Shown here one piece after another: positions 47,500 through 57,964 of a stretch of 64,000 nucleotides of DNA (position 1 is the first letter of the stretch; each line of letters begins with the position of its first letter). Made by a program: the position numbers and the translations under genes. The notes under the pieces are model-generated. The model saw only the letters and a list, made by a program, of their open reading frames with translations. It did not search any database and was not told where the DNA came from. Source of the DNA: a virus (lineage: Duplodnaviria > Caudoviricetes); IMG/VR virus record IMGVR_UViG_3300032038_000025, positions 32,001 to 96,000 of that record. One strand, 5' to 3'.

Positions 47500-47668
47500 A
47501 TTAAATTATAAAGAAACAAGAGAAGAAATTCATAGAATATTATTTGATTTTTTTGATAGAGAATTAGAATGTTCTGAAGATAATGAATTTGATTTTGAAT
47601 TTATGGAATTTAGAACAGATGATATTTTAAAATTAATTCAAAATCAAGGAGGCGACTATGCAGAATAA
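47489..47668 (+). CDS. Small acidic hypothetical protein
   Basis: ATG overlaps the gyrB end. Confidence 0.55.
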   Translation: MERKLNYKETREEIHRILFDFFDRELECSEDNEFDFEFMEFRTDDILKLIQNQGGDYAE

Positions 47669-47855
47669 TATATTAAATGAAATATATAATATATATAAAA
47701 CAAAATTAGAAGAAGCTACTTCAATATGGAAAAGTGAATGTTGTTGTATATCAGAAGATGAAAATAGGGATAAAGAAGATAAAGAAGAATTAAAATATTT
47801 TGAATCATTGCTTCAAAAAATAGACAATAATTGGAGGGCGAATGATGCAGAATGA
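47658..47855 (+). CDS. Small hypothetical protein (starts MQNN)
   Basis: RBS GGAGG. Confidence 0.6.
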   Translation: MQNNILNEIYNIYKTKLEEATSIWKSECCCISEDENRDKEDKEELKYFESLLQKIDNNWRANDAE

Positions 47856-48054
47856 TTTTAATATAGAAGATAGAATTGTAAAAATTTTAACTGATGAATT
47901 ATGTTATTGTTACTGTGATAATTGTGAATTTGGAAATTGGGATAAATATCAAGATACAAGATGCGATGATTGTTATAGAAAATATCAAAATTGGCGGTTA
48001 TCTGAAGAAACTGCAAAATCAATAGCAAAACAAATTATTAGGGAGTTTGAATAA
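47845..48054 (+). CDS. Small Cys-rich hypothetical protein (starts MQND)
   Basis: CYCDNC...CDDC; RBS GGAGG. Confidence 0.6.
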   Translation: MQNDFNIEDRIVKILTDELCYCYCDNCEFGNWDKYQDTRCDDCYRKYQNWRLSEETAKSIAKQIIREFE

Positions 48055-48056
48055 AA

Positions 48057-48314
48057 ATGCAAAATGATTTAATGTGTCCAAACTGTAATTCTCTACTTTA
48101 TTGGAATCTTGACGAATGGGGTAGAACACCATGGCATTTACATTGTGATAAATGTTCTATTAATATTGGTGTAACTAAACAAAATAAAGCTATTGAATTA
48201 ATTCAAAAATATCATCAGCCAAATACTTATATTGAATATTATAATAATGAGATTCAAATATTATTTGAAAATAATAAACAAATAATATTTAAGGAGATAG
48301 AAAATGCAGAGTGA
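48057..48314 (+). CDS. Small Zn-ribbon protein (starts MQND)
   Basis: CPNC...CDKC. Confidence 0.6.
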   Translation: MQNDLMCPNCNSLLYWNLDEWGRTPWHLHCDKCSINIGVTKQNKAIELIQKYHQPNTYIEYYNNEIQILFENNKQIIFKEIENAE

Positions 48315-50643
48315 TTTAATAAAAGAATTAAGTACAAATTTTATTGAATATGCGGCCTCTGTTAATTCAGATAGAGCAATACCAAATGCAACTGACGGTC
48401 TTAAACCAGTTGCAAAAAGAATTTTATATGGAGCTTTTACGGGTGGAAGAACCAGTAATAAACCGCATGTAAAATGCGCAAAGATCGTTGGAGATGTAAT
48501 GGGTTCTTACCATCCTCACGGAGATTCATCCATTTACGGCGCATTAGTTCGTCTTGCACAAGATTGGGTAATGCGTTATCCTCTTATTGATTTTCATGGT
48601 AATGTTGGAAATCAGGCGGGTGATGGACCTGCCGCACCTCGTTATACAGAAGCAAGGTTATCTAAACTAACAGAAGAAGGTATGCTTCAAGGTTTAAAGA
48701 AAAATAATGTTGATTTTATTCCTAACTACGATGAAACAACAGAAGAACCTATTGAACTACCAAGTATCTTTCCTAATCTTCTTTGTAACCCTAATAGTGG
48801 TATTGGTGTGGCTATGGCCTGTTCTTGGGCACCGCATAATCTTGGTGAAGTAGCTGTGGCAATTAATCAATATTTATCTGGAGAAGAGCCTACTCTACCA
48901 GGGCCAGATTTTCCAACAGGTGGAATTGTTATCAATTCTAAAGACATTCCTTCGATTATGAAAACAGGGCATGGAAGTGTTAAAATTCGTGGAAGATTTG
49001 AAATTGATAAACAAAAAATTATCTTTACAGAAATTCCATATGGTACTACTATTGAAGGATTAATGACTGAAATTGGTGAAATTTCAGATTCAAAGGAAAT
49101 TGAGGGAATTGATAATATTCGTGACGAATCTAATAAAAAAGGTGTTAGAATTGTTATTGAATGCGATAAAGGTATCAATCCCGCAAGTATTGTAAATAAA
49201 CTTTTTGCAAAAACAAACTTACAGAGTTCATTTAGTTATAATCAAGTCGCTCTTGTTGATAAAGTGCCAACTGAATTAAATCTTAAAGATTGTATTAAAA
49301 TTTATGTTGACCATAATATTGATTGTATAACAAGAGAAACTAAATTTGATTTAGATAAGGCTATTGATAGACTTGAAATTGTCAATGGGTTGCTGCGGGC
49401 ACTTGAGGATATTGACAACATCATAGCGCTGATTAAAGGCTCTGAAAATGCAACCGCCGCAAAAGAAGCATTAATTAAAAAATATCAGTTTACAGAAAAT
49501 CAAGCTAAAGCAATTTTAGCTATGAGACTTTCTTCTCTTGCAAAACTTGAAAAAGTTGAATTAGAGAAAGAAGCAAAAGAACTTGAAAATAAAATTACTG
49601 ATTTAAAAAATATTCTTGCAAATGAAGATCGTCAAAAGAGCATTCTTAAATCTCGTTTAGGGGATCTCGTTAAAAAATATGGCGATGCCCGCCGCACAGA
49701 ACTAACTAACATTGAAGTAAAACCAGAAGAAAAAATAATTGAAGAAGTTGTTCCAGAAGACTGTGTTGTAATTCTTTCTCAAACTGGAGATATTAAACGT
49801 GTACCTAAAAATAACTTTAAAGTACAACGAAAGAATGGCAAGGGCGTTAAAACCAAAAATGATATAATTATGTCTAGCATTTCCACCAATACTATTGATA
49901 ATCTTCTTCTTTTTACTAAAAAAGGTAAGATGTTTAAAATTATTGTAGATGAAGTACCAATTGGAACAAACGTATCAAAAGGCGCACATGTTGGAACATT
50001 AATTAATATGGATCAAGATGATGAAGTAATAGCAATTACATCTCTTGCTAGAAGTAATACTGCAAAATATGTAGCATTCTTTACAAAACAAGGATTAATG
50101 AAAAAAACTTTTCTTGATGAATATACAAAAGTAAAACGTAGTACAGGAATTGCGGCAATTAAAATTAACGATGGCGATTCTATTGCCAATGTAGAATTTA
50201 TTAATGAAGAAGATATTCTTGTAATTACTAAAAATGGCATGTCTATTCATTTTGAAAGTAAAAATGTTAATCCTATTGGTAGAGTCGCGGCTGGTGTTAA
50301 AACTATAAAATTAGATGAAAATGATGAGGTTGTTGTAGGACTTCCAATTCATTCAGATAATGATACTGTTGCTATTTTTTCAACAAAAGGATATGGTAAA
50401 AAAACTTCTATTAAAGAATTTACAATTCAAGGTCGAGGCGGAAAAGGACTAGTTATTTATAGACCAAGTATTGTATATGGAGAAATTGCAGGCGCCGCTA
50501 TTGTTACGGATAAAGACACCATTCTTCTCACTGGTCAGCCTAACTCTATATGCATTACCGCATCAGATTTACCTTCATTAACTCGAACAAGTTTTGGTAA
50601 TATTATGATAAAATCTAATATTTCATCTATCGTAAAATTTTAA
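48304..50643 (+). CDS. gyrA: DNA gyrase subunit A
   Basis: DGLKPV, YHPHGDSSIY, AAPRYTE, GPDFPTGG, GyrA-box-like QRKNGKG, beta-pinwheel repeats. Confidence 0.95.
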   Translation: MQSDLIKELSTNFIEYAASVNSDRAIPNATDGLKPVAKRILYGAFTGGRTSNKPHVKCAKIVGDVMGSYHPHGDSSIYGALVRLAQDWVMRYPLIDFHGNVGNQAGDGPAAPRYTEARLSKLTEEGMLQGLKKNNVDFIPNYDETTEEPIELPSIFPNLLCNPNSGIGVAMACSWAPHNLGEVAVAINQYLSGEEPTLPGPDFPTGGIVINSKDIPSIMKTGHGSVKIRGRFEIDKQKIIFTEIPYGTTIEGLMTEIGEISDSKEIEGIDNIRDESNKKGVRIVIECDKGINPASIVNKLFAKTNLQSSFSYNQVALVDKVPTELNLKDCIKIYVDHNIDCITRETKFDLDKAIDRLEIVNGLLRALEDIDNIIALIKGSENATAAKEALIKKYQFTENQAKAILAMRLSSLAKLEKVELEKEAKELENKITDLKNILANEDRQKSILKSRLGDLVKKYGDARRTELTNIEVKPEEKIIEEVVPEDCVVILSQTGDIKRVPKNNFKVQRKNGKGVKTKNDIIMSSISTNTIDNLLLFTKKGKMFKIIVDEVPIGTNVSKGAHVGTLINMDQDDEVIAITSLARSNTAKYVAFFTKQGLMKKTFLDEYTKVKRSTGIAAIKINDGDSIANVEFINEEDILVITKNGMSIHFESKNVNPIGRVAAGVKTIKLDENDEVVVGLPIHSDNDTVAIFSTKGYGKKTSIKEFTIQGRGGKGLVIYRPSIVYGEIAGAAIVTDKDTILLTGQPNSICITASDLPSLTRTSFGNIMIKSNISSIVKF

Positions 50644-50644
50644 T

Positions 50645-50696
50645 AATGAGGGACTTTTGTCCCTCATTTGCTTTTTATAAAAAAATATATTATAAT
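50645..50696 (+). promoter_or_regulatory. Terminator abutting a sigmaA-type promoter
   Basis: aatgagggac-tttt-gtccctcatt; TTGCTT-N17-TATAAT. Confidence 0.65.
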
Positions 50697-50725
50697 ATAT
50701 TTATAAGAAAAAGAGGTAATATAAT

Positions 50726-52678
50726 ATGGATGAATGGACAATAAGAAGTTTAATTGATGAATTAAATAGATTAACAAAACTTTATGATAAAGGACATCCA
50801 GAAATTAGTGATAAAAAATGGGATGATCTTTATTTTAAATTAAAACAGATGGAAGAAGAAACTGGTATTATTTATCCAGATTCACCAACCCAAAGTATTC
50901 ATTTTGAAAAAGTATCTGAATTAAAAAAGGCTAAACATAATCATCCCATGCTTTCTCTTGATAAAACCAAAGATATAGAGGCAGTTAAATCATTTATTAA
51001 AGGGCATGATTGGGTTATTATGGCAAAAATGGATGGTTTAACATGTTCACTACATTATTTAGATGGTAAACTTATATCCGCAGAAACTCGCGGTAATGGA
51101 ATAGAGGGAGAAGATATTACTCATAACGCTATGGTTATTCCATCTATTCCTAAAAAAATTGAACGAAAAGAAGATACTATTATTGATGGAGAAATTATTT
51201 GTACTTATAATAATTTTGAATCTTTTAAAAATGAATATAAAAATCCACGAAATTTTGCAAGTGGCAGTATCAGATTACTTGATTCAAAAGAATGTTCAAA
51301 AAGAAATCTTACTTTTATCGCTTGGGATGTTGTAAAAGGTGGAAAATATGAGTGGTTATCTAATAATTTATCAGCATTAAGATCTTATGGATTTAATGTG
51401 GTTCCAATGTTTATTAATGGTGATGGGACAGATTTAACTCCCGTTGAAGATTATATTAATAGTATTAAAAAAGAAAGTGAAAAACTTTTTTATCCTATTG
51501 ATGGAGTTGTTTTTAAATATGATGATATAAAAACATATGAGGCGGCAGGCCGCACAGATCATCATTTTAAAGGTGGTTTAGCATATAAATTTTATGATGA
51601 AACTTACGAAACTTATTTAAGATATATTGAATGGACGATGGGAAGAACTGGTGTTCTTACTCCAGTGGCAGTATTTGAACCTATTGACATAGAAGGCTCA
51701 ATTGTTGAACGAGCAAGTTTACATAATTTAAGTGTAATGGAAAATATTTTAGGTATTCCTTTTGAAAAACAAAAATTGCAGGTTTTTAAAGCAAATATGA
51801 TTGTTCCGCAAATTTATAGTGCAGAAAAACCAAAAGAAAAACCTAATGGTCCTATTATTCCATTAATAGAAAAATGTCCTATTTGCGGTGAAGATGTAGA
51901 AATTATTAACAATAATGGTGTAAAAATTATTGTATGCACTAATCCCTCATGCCAGGGGAAATTTATTAATATACTTGAGCATTTTTGTGGAAAAAAGGGT
52001 CTTGATATTAAAGGGTTATCTAAAGCTACTTTTCAAAAGCTAATTGATTGGGAATGGCTTGAAAATCTTGAAGGAGTTTTTAATCTTAATCAATATAGAA
52101 ATGAATGGATTAAGAAGCCTGGTTTTGGAATAGCTTCTGTAGATAAAATCTTAAAATCAATAGAAGAGCATAAACATACCACACTTGATGCTTTTATATC
52201 TGCGATTGGTATCCCCCTCATAGGGCGGGCAGTAGCAAAAGATTTAATAAATTATTTTGAAACATATGAAGATTTCCGTAATGCAATTAATGATGATAAA
52301 TATGACTTCTCTGTCTTAAATAATTTTGGAGAAGAAATGAATAAAAGTATTAAAAATTTTGATTATGCGGAAGCCGATAGAATTTCTAAACTTTTAATTT
52401 TTGAAACCCCTATTGTTAACAACATTCAAATAAATAATAGTCTCACAGGAAAAACTATAGTTATTACAGGAAAACTTACTACGTTTAAAAATAGAGCTGA
52501 ATTAAAAGCAATTATTGAGGCTCATGGCGGCAAGGTGTCTGATTCTATTTCTAGTAAAACTAATTTATTAATTAATAATGATGTAAATAGTACATCATCT
52601 AAAAATAAAGCTGCTCAAAGTCGCGGTATTCCAATTATTTCTGAACTAGACTTTGTAAAGCAATATATTGAAAATTAA
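50726..52678 (+). CDS. ligA: NAD-dependent DNA ligase
   Basis: HPMLSL, KMDG, TRGNG..GEDIT, NPRNFASG, DGVV, GRTG, Zn finger, BRCT. Confidence 0.95.
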   Translation: MDEWTIRSLIDELNRLTKLYDKGHPEISDKKWDDLYFKLKQMEEETGIIYPDSPTQSIHFEKVSELKKAKHNHPMLSLDKTKDIEAVKSFIKGHDWVIMAKMDGLTCSLHYLDGKLISAETRGNGIEGEDITHNAMVIPSIPKKIERKEDTIIDGEIICTYNNFESFKNEYKNPRNFASGSIRLLDSKECSKRNLTFIAWDVVKGGKYEWLSNNLSALRSYGFNVVPMFINGDGTDLTPVEDYINSIKKESEKLFYPIDGVVFKYDDIKTYEAAGRTDHHFKGGLAYKFYDETYETYLRYIEWTMGRTGVLTPVAVFEPIDIEGSIVERASLHNLSVMENILGIPFEKQKLQVFKANMIVPQIYSAEKPKEKPNGPIIPLIEKCPICGEDVEIINNNGVKIIVCTNPSCQGKFINILEHFCGKKGLDIKGLSKATFQKLIDWEWLENLEGVFNLNQYRNEWIKKPGFGIASVDKILKSIEEHKHTTLDAFISAIGIPLIGRAVAKDLINYFETYEDFRNAINDDKYDFSVLNNFGEEMNKSIKNFDYAEADRISKLLIFETPIVNNIQINNSLTGKTIVITGKLTTFKNRAELKAIIEAHGGKVSDSISSKTNLLINNDVNSTSSKNKAAQSRGIPIISELDFVKQYIEN

Positions 52679-52820
52679 AAAAATTTTTTATATAATTATA
52701 ATATAAATAAGATGAGTAAATGAATAGAAGGTCTTTAAAACATTTGATGACAAAAATAATAAAAATTTTTATTTTATTCACTTAATATTTTTTGATTTTT
52801 AAAAAATTTTTTACTATAAT
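52668..52820 (+). promoter_or_regulatory. Two tandem sigmaA-type promoters
   Basis: TTGAAA(52668)-N17-TATAAT and TTGATT(52792)-N17-TATAAT. Confidence 0.6.
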
Positions 52821-52907
52821 ATAAAAGATATAAGTGATAAATAAATAAATTCATCTTATATAAAATAATTAAAAATATATATTTATTAAAAAGGAGAAAA
52901 AAGGATT

Positions 52908-53195
52908 ATGCTTAGTGAGAATAGCAAGGCGGTTTTTGATTTTGTAAAGGAACATGATGGACAGGATTTTACTGCACAGGACATTGCAGATGCAACAGGT
53001 CTTTCTGTCCGTTCTGTTAATGGTATTGTAACATCAGCTTTCCAGCGTCATAAGGATGCTGATAAGAATGAGCTTCCGCTAATGGTTCGTGTTCCGGCAG
53101 AAATTGAAGATCCAGAGACTGGCCTACATAAGGCAATTAAGTTTATTCAGCTTACCGATGCAGGTCGTGCATTTGATCCAACTGCTGAGGATTAA
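52908..53195 (+). CDS. Winged-helix DNA-binding protein
   Basis: FTAQDIADATGLSVRSVNGIV...LTDAGR. Confidence 0.75.
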   Translation: MLSENSKAVFDFVKEHDGQDFTAQDIADATGLSVRSVNGIVTSAFQRHKDADKNELPLMVRVPAEIEDPETGLHKAIKFIQLTDAGRAFDPTAED

Positions 53196-53207
53196 CTTGA
53201 GTATTTT

Positions 53208-53241
53208 ATAAGGGTTAGATAAAATATCTAACCCTTATTTT
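53208..53241 (+). terminator. Intrinsic terminator
   Basis: ataagggttagat-aaaat-atctaacccttat followed by ttt. Confidence 0.7.
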
Positions 53242-53258
53242 GCATATTGGAGGAAAAA

Positions 53259-54179
53259 ATGATATTATTAATATTAGGTTTTATCTTTCTAATATGCGGT
53301 TTAATTCTTTTTTATAATGCTAATCAAATTAAAATTTAGAAAAATTTAAAGCAAGAATAGTATAAATCTCAGTTAGAAAAAGAAGTTCATAATTTACAAG
53401 TAGATAGAAATAATTTAATTAATACTGAAATACAAAAAAGAAAATAGTTGAAAGATGAGTTTTTACTTTTTCAACAATAGCAAGAAAAAGAATTAAATAA
53501 AAATTTTTAGAAAGAAAAACAAATAATTAAATTAAATCTTGAAAAAGTTAATTATGAAACTTCTAAATAGATTGAAGATATTCATAAAGATTTAAGTAAT
53601 ATTCGATAGTCAGCTATAAAAGAAAAAAAGCAAATATAGAATGAATTAAATAAATTAAAATCATCTCTTAGCGCGGGTGTAGAAGCGCGTCTCCGCTAGC
53701 AATAGAAAAAGGATAAAATTAATTTTTATAAACTTTCAATTTCTGATGCAGATTTAGCTGATGTTAAAATGTTAGAAAATTTAAAAGCATCTTTTCATAA
53801 GCCTGTTGTTTTAAGTAAACTTATATGGACACAATATTTTCAAAAACAAATGACTTAGTTATGTGATAGGGTATTTGGTAAAAAAATAATTTGTGGCATC
53901 TATAAGATTACTGATTTAATTACTGAAGAATGCTATATTGGACAAAGTGTAAATATTCAATAGAGAATGAAACAACATTGCAAATGCGGGTTGGGGATTG
54001 AAGCGTCCGCCACAAATAAATTATATAATACCATGCAAAAAGACGGAGTCTGGAATTTTTCTTTTGAATTATTAGAAGAATGCCCAAAAGAACTATTAAA
54101 TGAAAAAGAAAAATTTTGGATATAGATGTATCAAAGCAATAAATTCGGTTTAAATACTGTAAGAGGGAATAAAACATGA
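53259..54179 (+). CDS. Membrane-anchored coiled-coil GIY-YIG endonuclease, 306 aa, 13 TAG (absent from the ORF track)
   Basis: RBS GGAGG; MILLILGFIFLICGLILFY; GIYKIT...CYIGQS; NFSFELLEEC; EKFWI[TAG]MYQS...GLN. Confidence 0.85.
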
Positions 54180-54421
54180 TAAAAGTTTTTACTTTAAATA
54201 AAAATAATAAAATTGAATTAACTAAAAAAGAGTTGGAGTAGCTTTTAAATGAAAGTTTTTGGGAAGGGTATAATAAAAGAAATCTTTATGTATATAATTC
54301 TCCTTCTATAAATACTCCATATACTACTACTCCATATTGGACATATAGTACCGCCGACTCAGGGATAACAATAACAGCAAATAGTTTATATAAAAATGAT
54401 GATACTGATGATAGAAAATGA
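54176..54421 (+). CDS. Hypothetical protein, 81 aa, 1 TAG
   Basis: ATGA overlap; IELTKKELE[TAG]LLNESFWEGY. Confidence 0.65.
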
Positions 54422-54430
54422 GGTTAAAAT

Positions 54431-55333
54431 ATGAAATTTGAAAATACACATGTATATAATTTTGAAGGCGCATTTCGCGGCATGAGAAATCCTAAAGATA
54501 GTTGGAGCCAAAGTGATAGTTATTTTGGACTAGTAGATTTAAATAATGATGTATATGAAGATTTTCAAGTTGCAGATGCTTGGATTAATAAATTTAATCC
54601 AGAACTAAATTGGCCTGAAGAATTTTCAGATGCAGGATGCGGATTAGAAGATAGATATGTCCAAAAACTTATTGACAATGGAATTTTAAAGAGTGACGAT
54701 TGTTCTGATGTTGCAGATGTAGCCTTTATTGGTCCGAAAGATATGCGACTGGCCCAAAATCTTATTAAAGCAGGTCCCGAACACCGCAAATTTCTTAGAC
54801 AAATTTTTGTTTCTGTTGATATCACAGCGCCGCTTTATTGGTGGAAAGAACTAGACACTTATAAAATTGCTACCGTCGCCAATAGTACATCTACAATGCA
54901 TACGTTAACAGATAAACCTATTACTCTTGAAAGTTTTGAAACAGATGATTTTGATCCTAATTTAGTATATTATTCATTATCTCCAATGGAAGGCGGACCC
55001 GCTGAAAATACAACAGGTATGTTTTCAGAACTTGTAATTGAACAACTTGAATTTCTTCGTCAGAAATATCTTGAAACAAAAGATAAGAAATATTGGAAAG
55101 AATTAATCAGATGGCTACCCAATGGTTGGCTTCAGACAAGAACATGGACTGCAAACTATGAAACCATTCGTGCTATTTGCTCTGCTGGTCAAAGACGCAA
55201 TCATAAGTTGAATGAATGGGGCGGAAAAGATGATCCTTCAAAAATGAATTTCATTAAATGGGCAAGAACACTTCCTTATGCTCAATATTTAATCTTTGAT
55301 GATGAAAATATTCCTTTTCAAATTGAAAAATAA
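54431..55333 (+). CDS. ThyX-like flavin-dependent thymidylate synthase family protein
   Basis: GMRNP, EHRKFLRQI, APLYWWKELDTYK, STSTMH, QRRNHKL. Confidence 0.6.
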   Translation: MKFENTHVYNFEGAFRGMRNPKDSWSQSDSYFGLVDLNNDVYEDFQVADAWINKFNPELNWPEEFSDAGCGLEDRYVQKLIDNGILKSDDCSDVADVAFIGPKDMRLAQNLIKAGPEHRKFLRQIFVSVDITAPLYWWKELDTYKIATVANSTSTMHTLTDKPITLESFETDDFDPNLVYYSLSPMEGGPAENTTGMFSELVIEQLEFLRQKYLETKDKKYWKELIRWLPNGWLQTRTWTANYETIRAICSAGQRRNHKLNEWGGKDDPSKMNFIKWARTLPYAQYLIFDDENIPFQIEK

Positions 55334-55351
55334 AAAATAAAATGTTATAAT
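55323..55351 (+). promoter_or_regulatory. SigmaA-type promoter
   Basis: TTGAAA-N17-TATAAT with TG. Confidence 0.65.
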
Positions 55352-55397
55352 ATAATTATAAAATAAAAATTATATTATAAAAGAAAAGGAAAAACAA

Positions 55398-55772
55398 ATG
55401 ACTAAAAAAGAAGCATTTATTCAAATTGTAGAAGAAATTTTTAGTAGACCAGATATTTATGTAGAAAATTATCCAGATACATATGATTTAGCAAAAGAAT
55501 TTTTTAATGATTTAAAAAATAATAAAGTAAAAAATTCTGGTGCTATGACAGAAAATGGTAAAAAACTACTTTCTTGGATGCAGGAAAATGAAAATACAAT
55601 GTCTAATGTTTTTACATCTAAGGAGGCGGCAGAGGCACTTTTTACTAGCGGCCGCTCAGTCGCGGGTTCAATGAGGAAACTTGTTGCTGATAAGTATGTA
55701 GAAAAAACAGGAAAAGATCCAGTTCAATATTCTTTAACAGAAGCTGGTAGAAATTATCAATTTGAAAATTAA
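55398..55772 (+). CDS. Winged-helix DNA-binding protein
   Basis: FTSKEAAEALFTSGRSVAGSMRKLV...YSLTEAG. Confidence 0.7.
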   Translation: MTKKEAFIQIVEEIFSRPDIYVENYPDTYDLAKEFFNDLKNNKVKNSGAMTENGKKLLSWMQENENTMSNVFTSKEAAEALFTSGRSVAGSMRKLVADKYVEKTGKDPVQYSLTEAGRNYQFEN

Positions 55773-55790
55773 AAAAATTTTTGATATAAT
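55762..55790 (+). promoter_or_regulatory. SigmaA-type promoter
   Basis: TTGAAA-N17-TATAAT with TG. Confidence 0.65.
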
Positions 55791-55825
55791 ATAAATATAA
55801 GTTGATTTAATAAGGAGAAAATTAA

Positions 55826-56794
55826 ATGAAGGCAAACGCAAGATTTATTAACACAGAAAAAATTGAAGGATACGTTTATAGTACAGGTAGTAATTTTAAT
55901 CAGCTTTCTGAAAGAATTTCTGGAGAAAATTCTAAAAATCCTGGTACAAAATATATCGCAGGAGATCTTGATATTGCAGTTGATGAAGCAGGTCTTAATG
56001 TTGTAACTATTCATTATACATATGTAACAGAAACATATAAGAGTGGACAGACAAATAATACATATGTCGCACTTAAAAGAATTATTGATAATCCAGAGAG
56101 AGCTTGGATTAATGGCGGAAAAGATAATGCATTTAAAGTTCTTTGCACAGGAACTTCTATTGCAGTAAATGATTTTATTGCAGCAGATGGTTCAAAAGTA
56201 GCCGCCATGAGAAATGAAAATGGTTTTTGTTCTATTGTAAATGAACTTGGACCAGAAGCAGAAAGAAATACTTTTTCTGCGGATATGCTTATTACCAAAG
56301 TAACACATATTGACGCCGATCCTGAAAAGAATATTCCCACAGACTATACAAATATTAGTGGAGCAATTTTTGGGTATGGACCGACTCTTCTTCCTGTTTC
56401 TTTTGTAGTTCGTAATGAAAAGGGAATGAATTATTTTGAAGGACTTGATGTAACTCCTTCTAACCCTATCTTTACAAAACTTTGGGGCCGCATTAATTGT
56501 ATGACGATTAGAATTGAAAGAAAGGAAGAGTCAGCATTTGGAGAGGCGGCTGTTCAGACTTATGAAAGGAAAAGTCGTGAATATGTTGTAACAGGTGGAG
56601 CAAAAGTTCCTTATGATTTTGGCGATGAAGAAGTTCTTACAATTAGTGATGTAAATAAGATGACCCAGGATCGTCAGGTTATGCTTGCAGAAATTGAAAA
56701 GAGACACGCTGAACGACAGGCAACTAAGGCGGCGAGTGGCAATAATTTTAATGCTACCACACAGGCAGTTCCAGAGGGCGGATTTGTATTTTAA
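55826..56794 (+). CDS. Putative single-stranded DNA-binding protein
   Basis: Replication context before the AAA ATPase; low-complexity tail ending in Phe. Confidence 0.5.
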   Translation: MKANARFINTEKIEGYVYSTGSNFNQLSERISGENSKNPGTKYIAGDLDIAVDEAGLNVVTIHYTYVTETYKSGQTNNTYVALKRIIDNPERAWINGGKDNAFKVLCTGTSIAVNDFIAADGSKVAAMRNENGFCSIVNELGPEAERNTFSADMLITKVTHIDADPEKNIPTDYTNISGAIFGYGPTLLPVSFVVRNEKGMNYFEGLDVTPSNPIFTKLWGRINCMTIRIERKEESAFGEAAVQTYERKSREYVVTGGAKVPYDFGDEEVLTISDVNKMTQDRQVMLAEIEKRHAERQATKAASGNNFNATTQAVPEGGFVF

Positions 56795-56838
56795 TGAAAG
56801 GGGTTTTATAACCCCTTTCTTAAAGAAAGGATATAATT

Positions 56839-57876
56839 ATGGCAGATATTGATATTTTTAACATTCAACCACATCAAGTAAGCCGTAATTTAAGAGGATA
56901 TTCAATCTTTTTTTACGGCTAGCCAAAGAGCGGAAAAACTACAACCGCCGCAAAGTTTGAAAAGAACCTTCTTTTAGCTTTTGAAAAAGGTTATAATGCC
57001 ATTCCTGGAGTAATGGCACAACCTATTAATAATTGGGCTGAATTTAGAAAAGTTCTTAGACAGTTAAAAGATCCAAAAGCAAAAGAAATGTTTTATACTA
57101 TTACTATTGATACATGTGATATTGCTTATGACTATTGTACAAAATATATCTGTGATAATGCACTTCGTCCAGATGGCGGTTATGGGGTAGATAGTATTAG
57201 TGATATTCCTTATGGCAAGGGTTATGGCCTTGTTTCAAAAGAATTTGATGAATGCCTGCGCTCAATTGTTATGATGGATTATGGTCTTATTCTTATTTCT
57301 CATGCAACAGATAAGGTCTTTAAAGATGAAGCGGGAAATGAATATAATAAAATTGTTCCAACACTTGACAAAAGAGCTAATAATATTGTAGCTAGAATGG
57401 CAGATATTATTGGATATTCTAGAATTGTCACAGATAAAGATGGAAATAATTTAACCAAACTCTTTATGCGCGGAACTCCTAGATATGAAGCTGGTAGTCG
57501 TTTTAAATACACTCCAGACTATATTGATTTTTCTTATAATAATTTAGTTTCGGCTATTGGAGATGCGATTGACCAGCAGGCAAAAGAAGATGGAGATCAA
57601 TTCTTTACCGATAAGAAAAATAATCTTTATGAAGATACAACTAAAGACCTTAATTTTGATGAGCTTATGACAGGGTGCAATAATCTCATTAAGGAAATGA
57701 TTGAAAATAATTCTGAAAATATTTTTACTGATTTTTATCAGCCAAGAATTATTCAGATTACAGATCGTTATCTTGGTCGAGGCCAAAAAATGAGTCAGTG
57801 TTCAAGAGAACAAGTTGAAGCATTATCATTAATTTATGATGATCTTCTACTTCTTTCAAAAGAAACTCCTAATTAA
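56839..57876 (+). CDS. AAA_24/Sak4-like ATPase, 345 aa, 1 TAG in Walker A
   Basis: YG[TAG]PKSGKTT, AFEKGYNA, IDT.D, YGKGY, ISH, AGSRF. Confidence 0.85.
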
Positions 57877-57886
57877 TTTTATAAAT

Positions 57887-57938
57887 AGACTTGTCAAAAT
57901 TATTTTAATTTGACAAGTCTTCTTTTTTTTTGTATAAT
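57887..57938 (+). promoter_or_regulatory. Terminator whose 3' arm contains the -35 of a consensus promoter
   Basis: agacttgtcaaa...tttgacaagtct plus T run; TTGACA(57910)-N17-TATAAT. Confidence 0.75.
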
Positions 57939-57964
57939 ATTATTATAAAAGGAGGTTTTTTATT

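Noticed and set aside
52679-52907. Possible tRNA, sRNA or origin in an AT-rich intergenic gap
   Set aside because: No cloverleaf or iterons recognisable; explained by tandem promoters. No suppressor tRNA found in the window by eye.
53259-54179. Group I intron homing endonuclease
   Set aside because: No interrupted host gene flanks it; it has its own RBS and a TM/coiled-coil N-terminus
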